NCBI GenBank assembly: GCA_965203295.1 | Contig: CBDBCZ010000007.1 | Coordinates: 32,001-96,000, forward strand | DNA: 64,000 nt | Direction of reading: 5' to 3' | From: Nitrospirales bacterium | GTDB lineage: Bacteria; Nitrospirota; Nitrospiria; Nitrospirales; UBA8639 | Shown: positions 12,901-25,099 of the stretch, one piece after another | Position numbering within the stretch: position 1 is the first letter of the stretch | How the letters are laid out: each line of letters begins with the position of its first letter | Program-made: the position numbers and the translations under genes | The notes under the pieces: generated by a model | Told to the model about the DNA's origin: nothing | Seen by the model: only the letters and a program-made list of their open reading frames with translations | Databases searched by the model: none

Positions 12901-15900
12901 TGTGCACATTAAGCATTTGCATCCTAAATAACCTCTCCCTTATTAATTGTTGCAATAAAAGTCTACTCCATAAAGCAAAAACTAACCCACAGTTACATTT
13001 TTGTAAGACATGCAAGTAGACTGCACTCAAGCATGATAGTAAAGCTGCAACTGAGATAACCATAGATTGGTTACAGTAACCCTTCCATTTTCTAGTATTA
13101 TTGCCAGCTAGCTAGGCAATTGTACACACAAGATCGTTATTTGATTGAGAAAACATTAGCTTTATGTTAGCCTCGTACCCAGGCCTTCCTTGCACTCGTG
13201 AAAAGCTTTACTTTTCCCCGTTTATTTTCGCGAGACAGTGCGGGGAAGGCCTGGGTACGAGGCTAGCTCTATGTATGTGCCAACCTTATGAAGTTCAACT
13301 CCTGGATGGGCTCTATAGCCTGGGCAATCCCACACTGCTGTATCACTCCCAGGTTTGTGTCTGGTCCCAAGGTGAGTTCATCCAATGGAGGACAGTCCTC
13401 CAGCTCCTGGTCATTTTGTAGCACCTAAAGTGGAGTTACATAACCACTATATAGGTAATGTGGTAATGGAAAATCAATATTAAGCCAAGTAAATTAATCA
13501 TTAGTTTCTCATCACCCTACCTGTAAATACTTGGGGTGGATGACGGAATTTTAATTTTATTTTTATGCGCTACGTATTGGGTGGGTGTGGCCTAAAGTGC
13601 AAGATTACGTCAGAGCTTACACGTAGTAGCTTTCTGAACTGAGCAAGCTAGTATCCAGCATATCGTGGAATTTTCTACTTGCTCCAGCCACTGACAGTCA
13701 GTCTAAAATGCAGGTGTCCAAGATTCAAAAGATAGAGCATGAATTTTTTAGTATTACATAATACTATGGCTAGAAAATTTCACGGATGGAGGCTACAGTA
13801 GTGAACAGACGAGGATGAGAAACTAAAAATTATTTTTGGTTGGCCTTACATTATTTTCTTGACCATTGATTATATGCTATTACATATAATGTAACGCTTT
13901 GGTAGCATTCTCAGTATCCAAGGTTTCCTAACCCAATAGTACAAGTTCAATCCAATGGCACAATTGCAAAATGAATGATGTACTCTGGTTGTGCAATAAT
14001 AAATAAATATTGCAGCTGGTTTAAATACTCACGCATATAGTTGCAGTATTAAGGCAAGAGACACCAGCTGGCAGAGCTATAACAGACCCTTTATCATAAT
14101 GATGCAATGGGAGGCACTAAATGGAAGATTTACATGGAAACGTGCATGTTTTTGTGCTTTCTGTTTAACACATTTTCATGTACTTTAGTGCCTCCTTCCC
14201 TCTCCCCATTAAATCGTTGGTCTATTGCTAAGGTATATGTAGTGACTACCTTGATGATGTCGCTCCTGATCCTGTCCCATGTTTCGTAGAACTCCTCTCT
14301 GGCAGTTGTTATTTCAAGAAGAACATCTGTGTGTATTGCGTGATATTATCTAATTCTGATTACATAGCTAATAAGTTTCTGTTAAAAAGACAAAATGTTG
14401 TGTGTACAATGGATATTGTGTTCTAGTATACATGTAGTAGTGTACAGGTGTAAGTACGTATGAATTAAATTTTTATGAACAAGTACTTGTCTGTTGCTAT
14501 TTCCTAGTGAATAAACATTGACTCAAGAATTAATATACCTCCTATTCCAAGGTTGACTGCTGTAAGCACTCTCTCAGTGTCTTCAGCAATCTGCTCAGAG
14601 CCCTGCATGTTCAGAAGAAGGAGTAAGTTAAATGGCATGTAAAGAAGTCAAGTTATGAGCTTTAAGAGACTGCCACTATATATATTGAGCTATATGCTTG
14701 AGTTTCCAATGAGCATGATAATTGAAAATTTATGCTAATTGAAAATTTATTCGGTTAATAGACCTTTGCCACTATGATATTATGGGGGAAACACTAAATG
14801 GAAAACTTATATGGAAACATAAACGGTAATTGTGTGCTTTCATGTTTAAAATTTACATGAAAGCACAAAAATGCATATTTTCAAGTATTTTCTCAATTTC
14901 AGTGCCTCATTTTACCTCCATTACATCATAATGGTTTTCCGTAAGGTTGCTAACCATTTCAATCTCCATGGTGATATTAATGCTGCCCACACTTGTGTTC
15001 TGGAGGTCTCTTTGCTGTTGTGTAACATTAGGAAGCTAGAGGGAATGTATAACAAGGTAGAGAGCTCAAACCGAAGATTCAGGAATAGTACGAATATATT
15101 ATAGTTAAGTGCTCAAAAACTTCATTTCTACAGGGTTAGCCATTAAAACAAGTTAACGGTTTCAGCTTTCAGAAAACAAAGCCCAGGCAATTGACTCAGA
15201 AGTATATGATATTACCCTGGCACGAGGGAATTATGACCCGTTATTTTCCCGTGGGAAAAGTTATTGCCTGAGGAGTGTACGAGGGCTGATCATATTTCCC
15301 GAGTGCCAGGGTAATATCTGGCTCGTACCATACCTACGAAGACTGGTGAAGGTCAAAGGCAGCAGGCAAGTCTGCGATAATGCTTTCTTTGATCTGTCAG
15401 CGGGAAATATGACCCCTTATTGCCCTCAAATGCTGCACGCTGATAAGTCAGTCTGAGCTAGGTATGGTACAAATGGCAGTCTAGCGTCTCATTGTAGCAG
15501 TCTCATGTAAGATTGGAATTCCGTTGCATATTGTGATTGCATCAGATGGCAAAATATTCATGCAGCAACTATCGATGCAGCTACTCATCATGTATGAGCC
15601 TCACCCTGAACGGAAGTTCAGAGATACTGCGATATCACTGCAAAACATAGAAATAGTTTTGACTACTTAGTAGCTACCTGAATTGCAGATGTCTCAGTAC
15701 ATGTATGTAGGTAGGAGGTAGACCTCAAAGTCATTATTTTTTTTACTATGTGAGTCTTTCATCTATATTGGACCAAATGGGCTGTGTTCCAATACGTATT
15801 TAGAGTAGGTCCTCATAAATTAGTTCCTAGATTTAGAGTAGGTAAATTTACCTACTCAGGAAACTACACTTCGTAAATAGAGTCTCATGTAGATGAAAGA

Positions 15901-18900
15901 CTAACAAATTAAGTAACAAATTACCATGCACTATGAAGTCAGAATCTCACATGCATACTCACATCAGGCTCAGCCCACCTGCAACCCAGGTGAAGTGGTC
16001 AAACAACTACACATTTCTTTGCAGTGATGTGCTTTGAATGCAGTAACATGATAAAACACGCGACAGAATAATATTCAAAACACGCGACAAAAGAATATTT
16101 TATGTCCACATGCGACTGTCACAGTGTGTATCTATGCATACATGAGAGAGTGGTGAGTGAATGAACGTGTGGTACCTCATCAAAATCCGCAGCAACATTG
16201 AGTTGATTGGGATCTGGAATCAGAGAACAGTCAATTTCCGAACTATTGCACGCTGATAGTAAAGAATCAACGTCGATTCTTATGTTTTCAAGTCTTTCAG
16301 CAAGAGAGTCCGTCCTGTCTTGTAGTTCAGTGCTTTGGACATCAATTTCAAAAAGAATATCAGTGATGTTGCTGATTTTTTCTTGCGTGAGTCCTAGATC
16401 ATGGTGTTCATGTGTTGTACATGTGCATGTGCATATAGTACTATGTATAGACGTATTCAATCACATCAGAGTCTATACACTGCATAGAAATAACTTTTGA
16501 CAACGAAATGTATACCTCCAATAATTAATACTAGTACAGATAAAGTGACTCCAAGCTAATGTAATCCTCAATAGAATACTGCTGCGCATACCATTTGAAA
16601 CTTGTGTGAGTATGCCATACACTTCTGTTGTTAGGTCAACAATATCTTCTGTCACTGTAGTCAAGTTTTCTTTCATATCTATGCACAAACAATTCGCAAA
16701 GATGGTTCAATGACATGAGCAGTGGTATACAATTGTTGTGGTTAAATCTCCCCTTCCAACACAGAATGAGCAATCTGTTGTTTAGAAAACCTGGCCCATC
16801 AATCACGTGTGAACATTAATACCAGCTGGTATATAATAGGACTCACTGCTAATTGGTATAGTGTAGTCGAAACATTAAGAAATTACCAGGCATAGAACTG
16901 GGTATACGTTTATACGATTTCAACTTACAATTAGCTTCTTGGACTGCTAAGCTTGCCACATCATCAAACTGACATATTAGGAAGTCTGCATCCTGCATGT
17001 AGACATCAGGAAAAAAATTGTAACTCTCTAAGCACTGCATGTCTGCTAACTGTACTGTACAGGATTATATAAACTTTAAATTATGCTCTGCCAATCAGAT
17101 CAATCAGCCATACTTGTGACATTGTTAGGACATCAGTTGTGTTCTGCCATTAGCATAATAGTAGCTTTATCTTATACTGACCTCCACACACTCTTCAACA
17201 TACTCCGCTCCTGTGACTACCGTTTCATTCAGTACATCAGATACGACAGTGTATGACTTCTCATTGCTGAAAAATGCCAAAAGAACCCCAGCCCTAGTGT
17301 ATAAAAAATATATATATGCTAATGAGTATATAAGTATATATAGTACATTATGGGCTTAGGCTAAAGCACAGATGAGACACCCAAAAATCCCACAATGCAA
17401 AAATAAAAGGGCTGTTTTGTGTTACCTCCGTTGCATCTGCACTACCAAGCTTTGCAGTTTTTACAGCAGGAAGCCAATGTTGATTGGGAATTCGAAATGA
17501 ATACACTTACTAAATTATTGTTTACAGTACTTGGTAAGAGCAGCTGCCCTGGAGTAATTACTGTGTGCTCTGCAGTTTTTACAGCAGGAAGCCAATATTG
17601 ATGGGAATTCGAAATGAATACACTTACTAAATTATTGTTTACAGTACTTGGTAAGAGCAGCTGCCCTGGAGTAATTACTGTAGTGCTCTGCAGTTTTTAC
17701 GCCAGGAACCCAATATTGATGGGAATTCGAAATGAATACACTTACTAAATTATTGTTTACAGTAGAGCAGCTGCCCTGGAGTAATTACTGTAGTGCTGAA
17801 CTTTCATCTCAAACCTTACAAAATAAAGGACTTATTCAACAAGCTAGCTTCCTGTATAAGTCTAACCACTTTGTCTTGCATACAAGGACGTATCAGGTGA
17901 CCCACCTTGTACCCCGCAACTGCAGTAACTCATCAGAAATTAAAAAAAGCCTTTCTACATCTATATTTACAGTTCATGCACTGCACTAATATTCTCACCC
18001 TAACAGTGAGATCGATTCTACAGGCAAGCATTGCAGGAAACCACCCAATATCAGCAATAAGAGCCAGTGTGGACTACATCAACTGTAGTCTCGTGCCCAG
18101 CCCCACGTTAGGAAGGTGGGCTGGCTCCCCGTATATTCAAAGTTGGGTTAGCATTACGTCAGCGGTCCCAGATCTGGACCGGCAATGTGATTGGTTACTT
18201 ATAGTATTACATCACTAAACAGTTGCAGTATCCGGATATCCGCACGAGTGGCCACGTGGACATGATCCGTTTGGTGATGTAATATGATGTAACACTAACC
18301 CAACTTTCAATATACGGGGAGCCAGATCCACCTTTCCAACGTGGGGCTGGGCACGAGACTACATCAACCGCAGTACTTACAAGAGGGCAAGTGTAAACAA
18401 CAGCAGGATACAAGTCAGAGCAATGGGCTTGCAGACGTTTCGGTCAAGCTTTTCCTCTTCAAAGCTCAGCACCTTCTTCTCACTTCTGGTGTTGGCCCCA
18501 CACCTGCCATAACAGCGACAGCAACAAAACACGCATCCAGCAAGCAGGAATAGTACAGCCAGCGTGCCACCAACACACACCACTGCTAAGATAGGCATCA
18601 TCCACTCCAATAACTGTATGTATCAACAGACGACAATACAGCACATTGTATAATAGGGCTTATTAAGACCTGATATATGCATAGTATAGTCTACTGTCAC
18701 ATCTGACAGGGTGATAAAAAACAAGCAATTAGGGCACGTAGACCATGCATGTGGTCCCGTTACAGTATCACAACATTTAAAGCCGTTGGACATATACTTG
18801 TAGTCACTAGTGGATACAATACTTTCGGACTGCCACATGTGCTAGCGCTCAAATAGGTCAGCGCAAGTGTGGTGCTTGTAGCTATACTTGTAGCTCAGTG

Positions 18901-20790
18901 CATGGGAAGTTCAAAGCTACCTGACAGGGCAATATTTATACCTCATAATATTCTGTAGTGACCTCAGAGCAGGTGGTGTTGATGTGGTTACTAGCTACAT
19001 GGCTATTATACTTAATAGGAAGCCACTGATGGTAAGCTACAAATGCACAGGAAGTACTATAGGGCTATAGATCTGTTAAATCACACCATCTGCTGTCTGT
19101 ATGGGATTGACAGTGCATTTGTACCACATAGCCCTTGTTGGCATGGTTTAAATAATAGTTAGACGGCGAGTGTAAGGGATCTATGGGATTTAGAAGCCAC
19201 GAGGGGCCCGAGTCTGTAGCGTCCGAGCGAAGCGAGGACGCTACTATAAGGGCCCCGAGGGCTTCTAAATCCCATAGATCCCGCGCACTCGCCGTCTAAG
19301 TTATTTAGAATACAGCTTCAGGCGCGCTACCATAGACGCGTATTCATGACAACACTTACTACAGGCACTTATAATCCACACTAACTCCAGGCACTTATAA
19401 TCCACAGTAGCATGGGTAATAAGTGATTTATGACCCACGCTCTTAACCAATCGCATTGCAGGACTACAGTCAGCTGAATTCTAAGTATAGCTTAGAGCAT
19501 GGGCAGCTATGTTCTTACTAGGCCGAGGTGAAGCCGAGGTCTAGTTAGAACATAGAGCTGCCCATGCTCTGAGCCATTTAGTATATACACATCTTCAGCT
19601 TCTTATGCTCTATGGGATTCTTACTATTAATACTCTATGAAAATTATTCCATACACTTGTTACTATAGTAACATATACTAAGAATCCCATAGAGCATAAG
19701 AAGCTGAAGATGTGTATATACTAAATGGCTCAGAGCATGGGCAGCTCTATGTTCTAACTAGACCTCAGCTTCGCCTCGGCCTAGTTAGAACATAGCTATA
19801 CCCATGCTCTAAGCTATACTTAGTATATGCACATCTTCAGCTTCTTATGCATGCTCTATGGGATTCTTACTATACTGTATGCCATACAATTGTTACTATA
19901 GTAACATATACTAACTAATACTTAGCCACCAGTAATATAAACTATTTAGGTCTACACAATTCTCTTTTATCATAAACTGTTATACATACATCCTCTAGCA
20001 CTTCAAGAAAGTCGAAGGTACCACTGTCGGCATCATTACATTCTGGTGGTGGGGGGTCAATGACATCGCATGGAAGATTGCTTTCACTAATGTAGCTCGC
20101 AATAACATCTGCATGGAATTGCATGAAGTAGTGGTTAGTCTATAGCTGAGAGAAATGGTGCATTTAAGAATCTGTCAAACATGTTATTCCCTTGCCATGC
20201 AGATGAACAAGTAAACTGTTATGGTTGGCGATCATAGTATATTTCTCGAATAAATGTTCCCGACTAATAGTATCCATGAGTGTCAATATGTTCACTCATC
20301 TGGTCGACATCTTATTCTATGAGCAAAAATTATTACAGCCTTAATGCAAAAGTATGTATATTATACTCGGCCATGCTATAGTCTTATAGTGAGGGATATA
20401 TGGAGAAGGAAACACCTCTTAATAGCCAGTTTAGAATACTAGACATGTGTGAAATTATGAACTGGCCTTCCACAAAAGTAATCATACACAGCACTTAATG
20501 CATGCCACGTACATACCATACGGGAGACCCCCACTTCTGACCAAATCCGCGAATGAAGTAGCCAGCGCAAACCAATTCTCTAGGAATCCAGGGTCATAGT
20601 TCGGCTCACAGTCTAGAGTTCTGACGGGTAAAACTGGGAAGCTGAGTGTGTCATTTGTTACCAATGTGACCTCATCCAGGGCAACCAGACACTCGAACTG
20701 CTCTTGTGAGAGTGAACACGGAACCAAGCAGAAAATTCCAATCACAAAGAGACTGTAGCTCCAAAATCCACGCCTTGTTCTTGGCAACAT
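6969..20790 (-). CDS. Prominin-like pentaspan membrane glycoprotein (about 20 coding exons)
   Basis: Signal peptide exon 20517-20790. TM1 plus prominin Cys cluster GCVFCCCRCYGRCG (18381-~18614). TM2 exon ~17181-17293. TM3 RYWCG...TSHCGGVILL (~12248-12397). TM4 exon ~11797-11928. NCEANQTLY exon ~10107-10193. CDCRPLW...LC exon ~8394-8483. TM5 NGFWWSIG (~7331-7471). Last exon ending KHR* at 6969 is the least certain. Donor of a probable 5'UTR exon at about 21432. Confidence 0.88.
8008..8316. mobile_element. CACTG-ended non-autonomous element, copy 2
   Basis: Same TIRs and body as 4942 and 10248 copies. Lies in a prominin intron. Confidence 0.8.
10248..10548. mobile_element. CACTG-ended non-autonomous element, copy 3
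   Basis: CACTGCAAAAA...TTTTTGCAGTG with a 2-bp TA duplication. Confidence 0.8.
11097..11531. repeat. 29-bp minisatellite, 15 copies
   Basis: Unit GCAACTTCAAGCATGGGTAATTATGACC(A/T), head-to-tail, no spacers. Confidence 0.97.
12462..12618. mobile_element. Tc1/mariner-pogo-like MITE (CAGTGGAACC...GGTTCCACTG family), diverged
   Basis: Shares CCCCTCTATTGTGGACAC and GTGTCCTTATT with 26570-26751. Ends GTTCCACTG-TA. Confidence 0.65.
13168..13265. mobile_element. TAG...CTA MITE with 9-bp TSD
   Basis: 22-bp TIR TAGCCTCGTACCCAGGCCTTCC. Flanks GCTTTATGT / GCTCTATGT. Confidence 0.9.
13483..13845. mobile_element. PIF/Harbinger-like MITE
   Basis: Imperfect TIRs containing TTAGTTTCTCATC / GATGAGAAACTAA. 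TTA on both flanks. Confidence 0.55.
15208..15470. mobile_element. Bulged-hairpin element (family d)
   Basis: Hairpin GATATTACCCTGGCACGAGGGA / TCCCGAGTGCCAGGGTAATATC (15208-15318), then an arm bounded by GTACCATACCT / AGGTATGGTAC. Confidence 0.65.
15636..16026. mobile_element. CACTG-ended element, different subfamily
   Basis: CACTGCAAA...TTTGCAGTG with a 2-bp AT duplication. Confidence 0.7.
17453..17797. repeat. ~118-bp tandem repeat x3 inside a decayed CACTG-like element
   Basis: Three copies of GCAGTTTTTAC...GGGAATTCGAAATGAATACACTTACTAAATTATTG...GAGCAGCTGCCCTGGAGTAATTACTG. Confidence 0.9.
18086..18361. mobile_element. TAG...CTA MITE with ~75-bp TIRs and 9-bp TSD
   Basis: TAGTCTCGTGCCCAGCCCCACGTT... 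/ ...AACGTGGGGCTGGGCACGAGACTA. Flanks CATCAACTG / CATCAACCG. Confidence 0.92.
19150..19483. mobile_element. Bulged-hairpin element (family a)
   Basis: ~155-nt imperfect palindrome 19150-19306 with apex CCGAGCGAAGCGAGG, then an arm bounded by TAGAATACAGCT / AGCTGAATTCTA. Confidence 0.75.
19481..19914. mobile_element. Bulged-hairpin element (family b), rearranged as an inverted dimer
   Basis: 19481-19623 is the near-perfect reverse complement of 19679-19823. 19821-19914 repeats 19579-19680 directly. Other copies at 51371-51503 and, decayed, ~37845-38070. Confidence 0.8.
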
Positions 20791-21880
20791 ATCTGACGGT
20801 CTTTTCGCATCAGAATCAATTGTTGTAGGCTTGTGTAACTAGCTCTCGAGTACCATAAATCCTACAGGGTTTCAACAGTAATAGGACCTGAACCCTCAAT
20901 CATAGCAGTAAGATAGTGAAAACTGGTAACTGACATGCCAGGTCTGACAACAATTTTTAAAACGAATTGAAGTGAAACACAGTAGCTGGGAATACACAAA
21001 TTCAATAATATCTGGGTAGCAGATTTAATATACTAAGGCAGATTTTATCATGTACTGGAGTGCACATATATGTACAGGTATACTGTGTATCCGCACTAGT
21101 AACTGTAAACTAGGGATGTTTACAATGTACAACGTTCTCATAGCCCAGTTTTGACATGCTGCCCAAACTCTGCAAGGGGCAAGACATCTAATCTATATAC
21201 AGAGCCCCTCCCCCACACCAGTGCGACATTAACAGTCTAACATCAGTAGTTTTATACTATATACTGGTTCAAGTGAGTCGGATCAAAGCAGTTGATAGCT
21301 ATGCCACAGCAGATATCTAAGGTTTATAAACCCACAAGTGAATGACCTGACACGTGCAGGCTCAAACCACCCACTACCACTACACACTTCTATACATGAA
21401 TGAGCATGCACTGAGAACATTATTGCACTTACCTCCAGGTTGAGTACTAATAGCCCTGCAGTGCTTTCAAATCTAGTTATCGCGCATGCGATGGCAAGCT
21501 CCGCCCCTTATTTTGTTGGTCGGTCCTCATTACGTACGTACGTAGTCTCGTGCCGAGACCTCCCTGCCCTGCGCGCGCCGGCGCCCGGGCTGGGTCTGGA
21601 CACGAGACCCCACGTGATTGCAGGGCCGGTCTAGTGTTGGTGTATATATTCACTGATCTTAGTACTATTGATGTAGACGTGGCTATTGGTCCAGAGGTGA
21701 AATGAGCAATGTTGGGTTTAAAGCTAGCAGCTAGCTTACCAACGTTTGGCCTCTATGCCTATCCTAACACTACTATAACCCTAACACCTAACCGTAACCC
21801 CTAACCCTATTGTTAACCCTAACCTAACACCTAACCCTAGACCTACTGGAAATATCTCCTGCCAGATATTTGCATAGCTA

Positions 21881-21973
21881 TAGCCTCGTACCCAGGCCTT
21901 CCCCGCACTCGTGAAACCAAAGGGGGAAAAGTAGATTTTCATGAGTGGGGGAAGGCCTGGGTATCGGAGGCTA
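21881..21973. mobile_element. TAG...CTA MITE with perfect 9-bp TSD
   Basis: Same subfamily as 13168. GCATAGCTA on both flanks. Confidence 0.9.
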
Positions 21974-22615
21974 GCATAGCTATATTATGATTCTGTCTCA
22001 ACATTGTGATGTAATCATTAAAATTATTCGGACATAGAACAAAGTCTTTATTGTAATGGTGCATTAATACTGGGTACCTTAATAATGGTTTCAATTAATT
22101 GAATTACAAGAACTGATTTGAAACATAGAGCATGCAAAGACTACATTTTCATGACGCATTAATACTGGTACCTTAATAATGTTTTCAAAGGTTGTAGTAC
22201 ATGTACTTATGCAGTATACTATCATTTATACTCCTAGACCGATGAAGCATAACATTATCAAGCATATATATGTACGTCAAATGTAACGTGAATACTATTC
22301 TATAACCCACAGCGTTTACAGACCATGCATGACTGCGATACACTCCCACTTAGAAACTTGAGCGGGTGTGTTTACTCTGTAGTCTAGAGATCCAATGTGG
22401 CATTAAGGTATTATTAAAATATTTGTGGGCGTAGGAAACTAGGTGTCTGTGAAGGAGTGTCTCTTAGCTTGAAACGCTTGCCCAGCCATATTCCTCAAGT
22501 GCTATAGACGCCTAGCTGACTCCATTACAGCTGCCTAGACTGTCCATCAGCACTAGCTATATTATCGGCCGCCGAAAATTAATATATATAGGCCCGGACG
22601 GCGCGCAAGGCAAAA

Positions 22616-24423
22616 ATGCCTAGGATTTTAAAGTTCAGCGAAGGAATCATAGAAATTGGACTTCGGGTCGCGGTTATAGCGGTAAGTTGAGATATTGTTG
22701 GGCGCATTTTGTAAATTTGCGCAGTTTATAATGGCGCTGCGCATTAATTTTAACAATTGAGGGTTACAGTTAGGCTTATAGCTATAGCTAGGTATGAGGC
22801 CTAGCGCCTGCGTGGGATAATTATCTTTGAAATGTAATTGGTCGGGCAGGAAATTGGTTATGGTACTAGTTAGGGTTTAGACTGGAGTTAGGACCAGGAT
22901 AGGGCTAATGTTGGCTTCGAAGCTAGCTGCGTTGCGTCGGTATCCAGAGACCGGCTAGTGCGCGAGTGCGCATGCGCGGACATGCGATTCCCGTACTGTT
23001 TTAGCCAAAATACATTCTAGATCTAGACAGCATAATAATTATCAGTCATAGTCTCATTCTATCCTTAGCGTAATAATAGAGGGCTGGGAGAAATCAGCAT
23101 ATCAGCCTACATATTAAATTGTAGATGTTTTACTATTTTTGGGTACCTGAGTTACAGATGTCTGAGTATGCAGTTAGAAGCTAGGCCTCATTAATATTTT
23201 ATCAACTTTGAACTCTTTTAATTACATGACCTGGATCTCAACAATCATGCCAAATGGAGAAGTTTACATCTTTATATAGGATGCATGTACATAAAATGCA
23301 TGGAACTTAAAATGAAATTCCTATATAATTATGTGCACAGTTTATACTCTAATGCAAACATCACTTGTGCACATAAATAAACATTTAAAGTCCCTTCTAG
23401 GACAGTCATCTTAACAGTACTTTTTTGTAACCAAACCTCAGTTTAAAATTTTAATTTTTAGGGTGTAGGTAAGTCTAGATCTCAGCATTCACAGTGTACA
23501 TGCATCATGTTCTGTTATCATATCTGATTCTCAGTTTGGAATTGCAGCACTGGTTGCAGCTGCAATTACTCTGGCTAGGACTGTCGGAGACGAACAGCTG
23601 ACAGCACAGGTCGATGGCATCCAACGAGATATCAATGATGGATTGCTGGTGCCAGAGTCGGAAAGAGCCATCGTGGAGAACTATAACGGAACAGTTGCAG
23701 CTGGTGGAGTAGTTACAGGAATTGCTGGCTTTGCCATTATATCCGAGACTGCCATAACCGTGCTTCGTTTGGTGTATGTCTGCAGGAAACAGACTAAGTT
23801 CTTATTCATGCTGGTAAGGAGTTCATTTAAGAATGTATCAAGCAAGCATGTATGCAAACACTATCTGTGCATGAGTAGCGATCTAATCATGCATGAATGA
23901 GCAAGTCATGCTCAGCATCATGTGCATTATTCAAAGACCCTACACTCAGCCAACATGCTCCCCACTATGTTATAGCTACATATATGTAATTCTTGTGTAT
24001 ATACATGTACCTATATGTACTAATTACATACAACATCAGATAATATGTGTGTCTCCTTTTTAATGGCTCTTCAATTCACGTGTACAGGATATCCTTCTGA
24101 GTACCTTTCTGACGGTCGGGCATCTTGCTGGTGGCATCACGGCAACCCTGTTTGCTGCAGAATGGGACGATTTCACGAGTGGCACTATAGATAACATCCT
24201 CACATCCCTGGCAGTTGCAGCAGTGAGTTTAATATGCAGCTGGGGGTGGGGAGGTAATTGTAAAATAATAGGGTATAGCACAGCTATCAACATTTTGTCA
24301 TTTTTTTCACTACAGGCCTTTTCCTTCGCTTCTGCGATCATGTGTGCGATCCTTGCTCTTTGGATGCTATTCTTTATGGTGTACAAATGGAATGAAAAGC
24401 AGCAGGCGTACGATGTGAAGTGA
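22616..24423 (+). CDS. MARVEL-like four-TM protein, paralog 2 (195 aa)
   Basis: Exons 22616-22681, 23535-23813, 24088-24222, 24316-24423, all phase 0. Motifs FSEGIIEIGLRV and WNEK. Confidence 0.85.
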
Positions 24424-25099
24424 AAGTTGTAGCTAGCTACTATACATCCTAGACCATTGACATTTAGTAGCTAACTTAGTGATCTGTTGTAGTAGCATAG
24501 AAAGACTCCACTAAGACTACTATAGGATAGGTAGTGGTTTTCATGCTTATGTATACAAGAATATAGCTACTGACAATGAGTTTCAATTAACTTGCTATCA
24601 TGAGTGAGTAAAATGCAGCCAAATCCATGTGATAACCGGAGGTTTCTTGAAAGATGCATTAATCGAACTGAATAATACAGCAATAATGCTCACTTATATA
24701 CTAAACACAATGACTACGAAACGAGTGGGAAATGTCTAGGAAGTACAAAACTGAAAGCAATTAATCAAATACATGAATATACAATATCCTATAAGAAAGC
24801 TATTTTCTTCTAACTATTGGTACAATAAACTATTCAGCTACTTCCACTATGGTTCAAGTTCGGGAGTGTGAAAACTCCCATATCAATATTAGTTATGTAA
24901 TGTCCTGAGTTCATAGAGTTACCACAACAGGCAAACTGAAAATAATAGCCTCATGTAGCTATACGTGTTGGGTAGCAGATATTAAGTGGGAAAGCCGTAT
25001 AATTTAAAAGTTAACAGAGCAAAATTGGACTATTTTATTACTATAGCTACCATGCAGCTAATGATATGGGTTGGAAACAGCCCATTCAGTTTGTCCATG

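Noticed and set aside
14033..14077. Additional small prominin exon
   Set aside because: The flanking exons (...DIIK | VLQND...) already join in phase 0; including it does not keep the frame cleanly.
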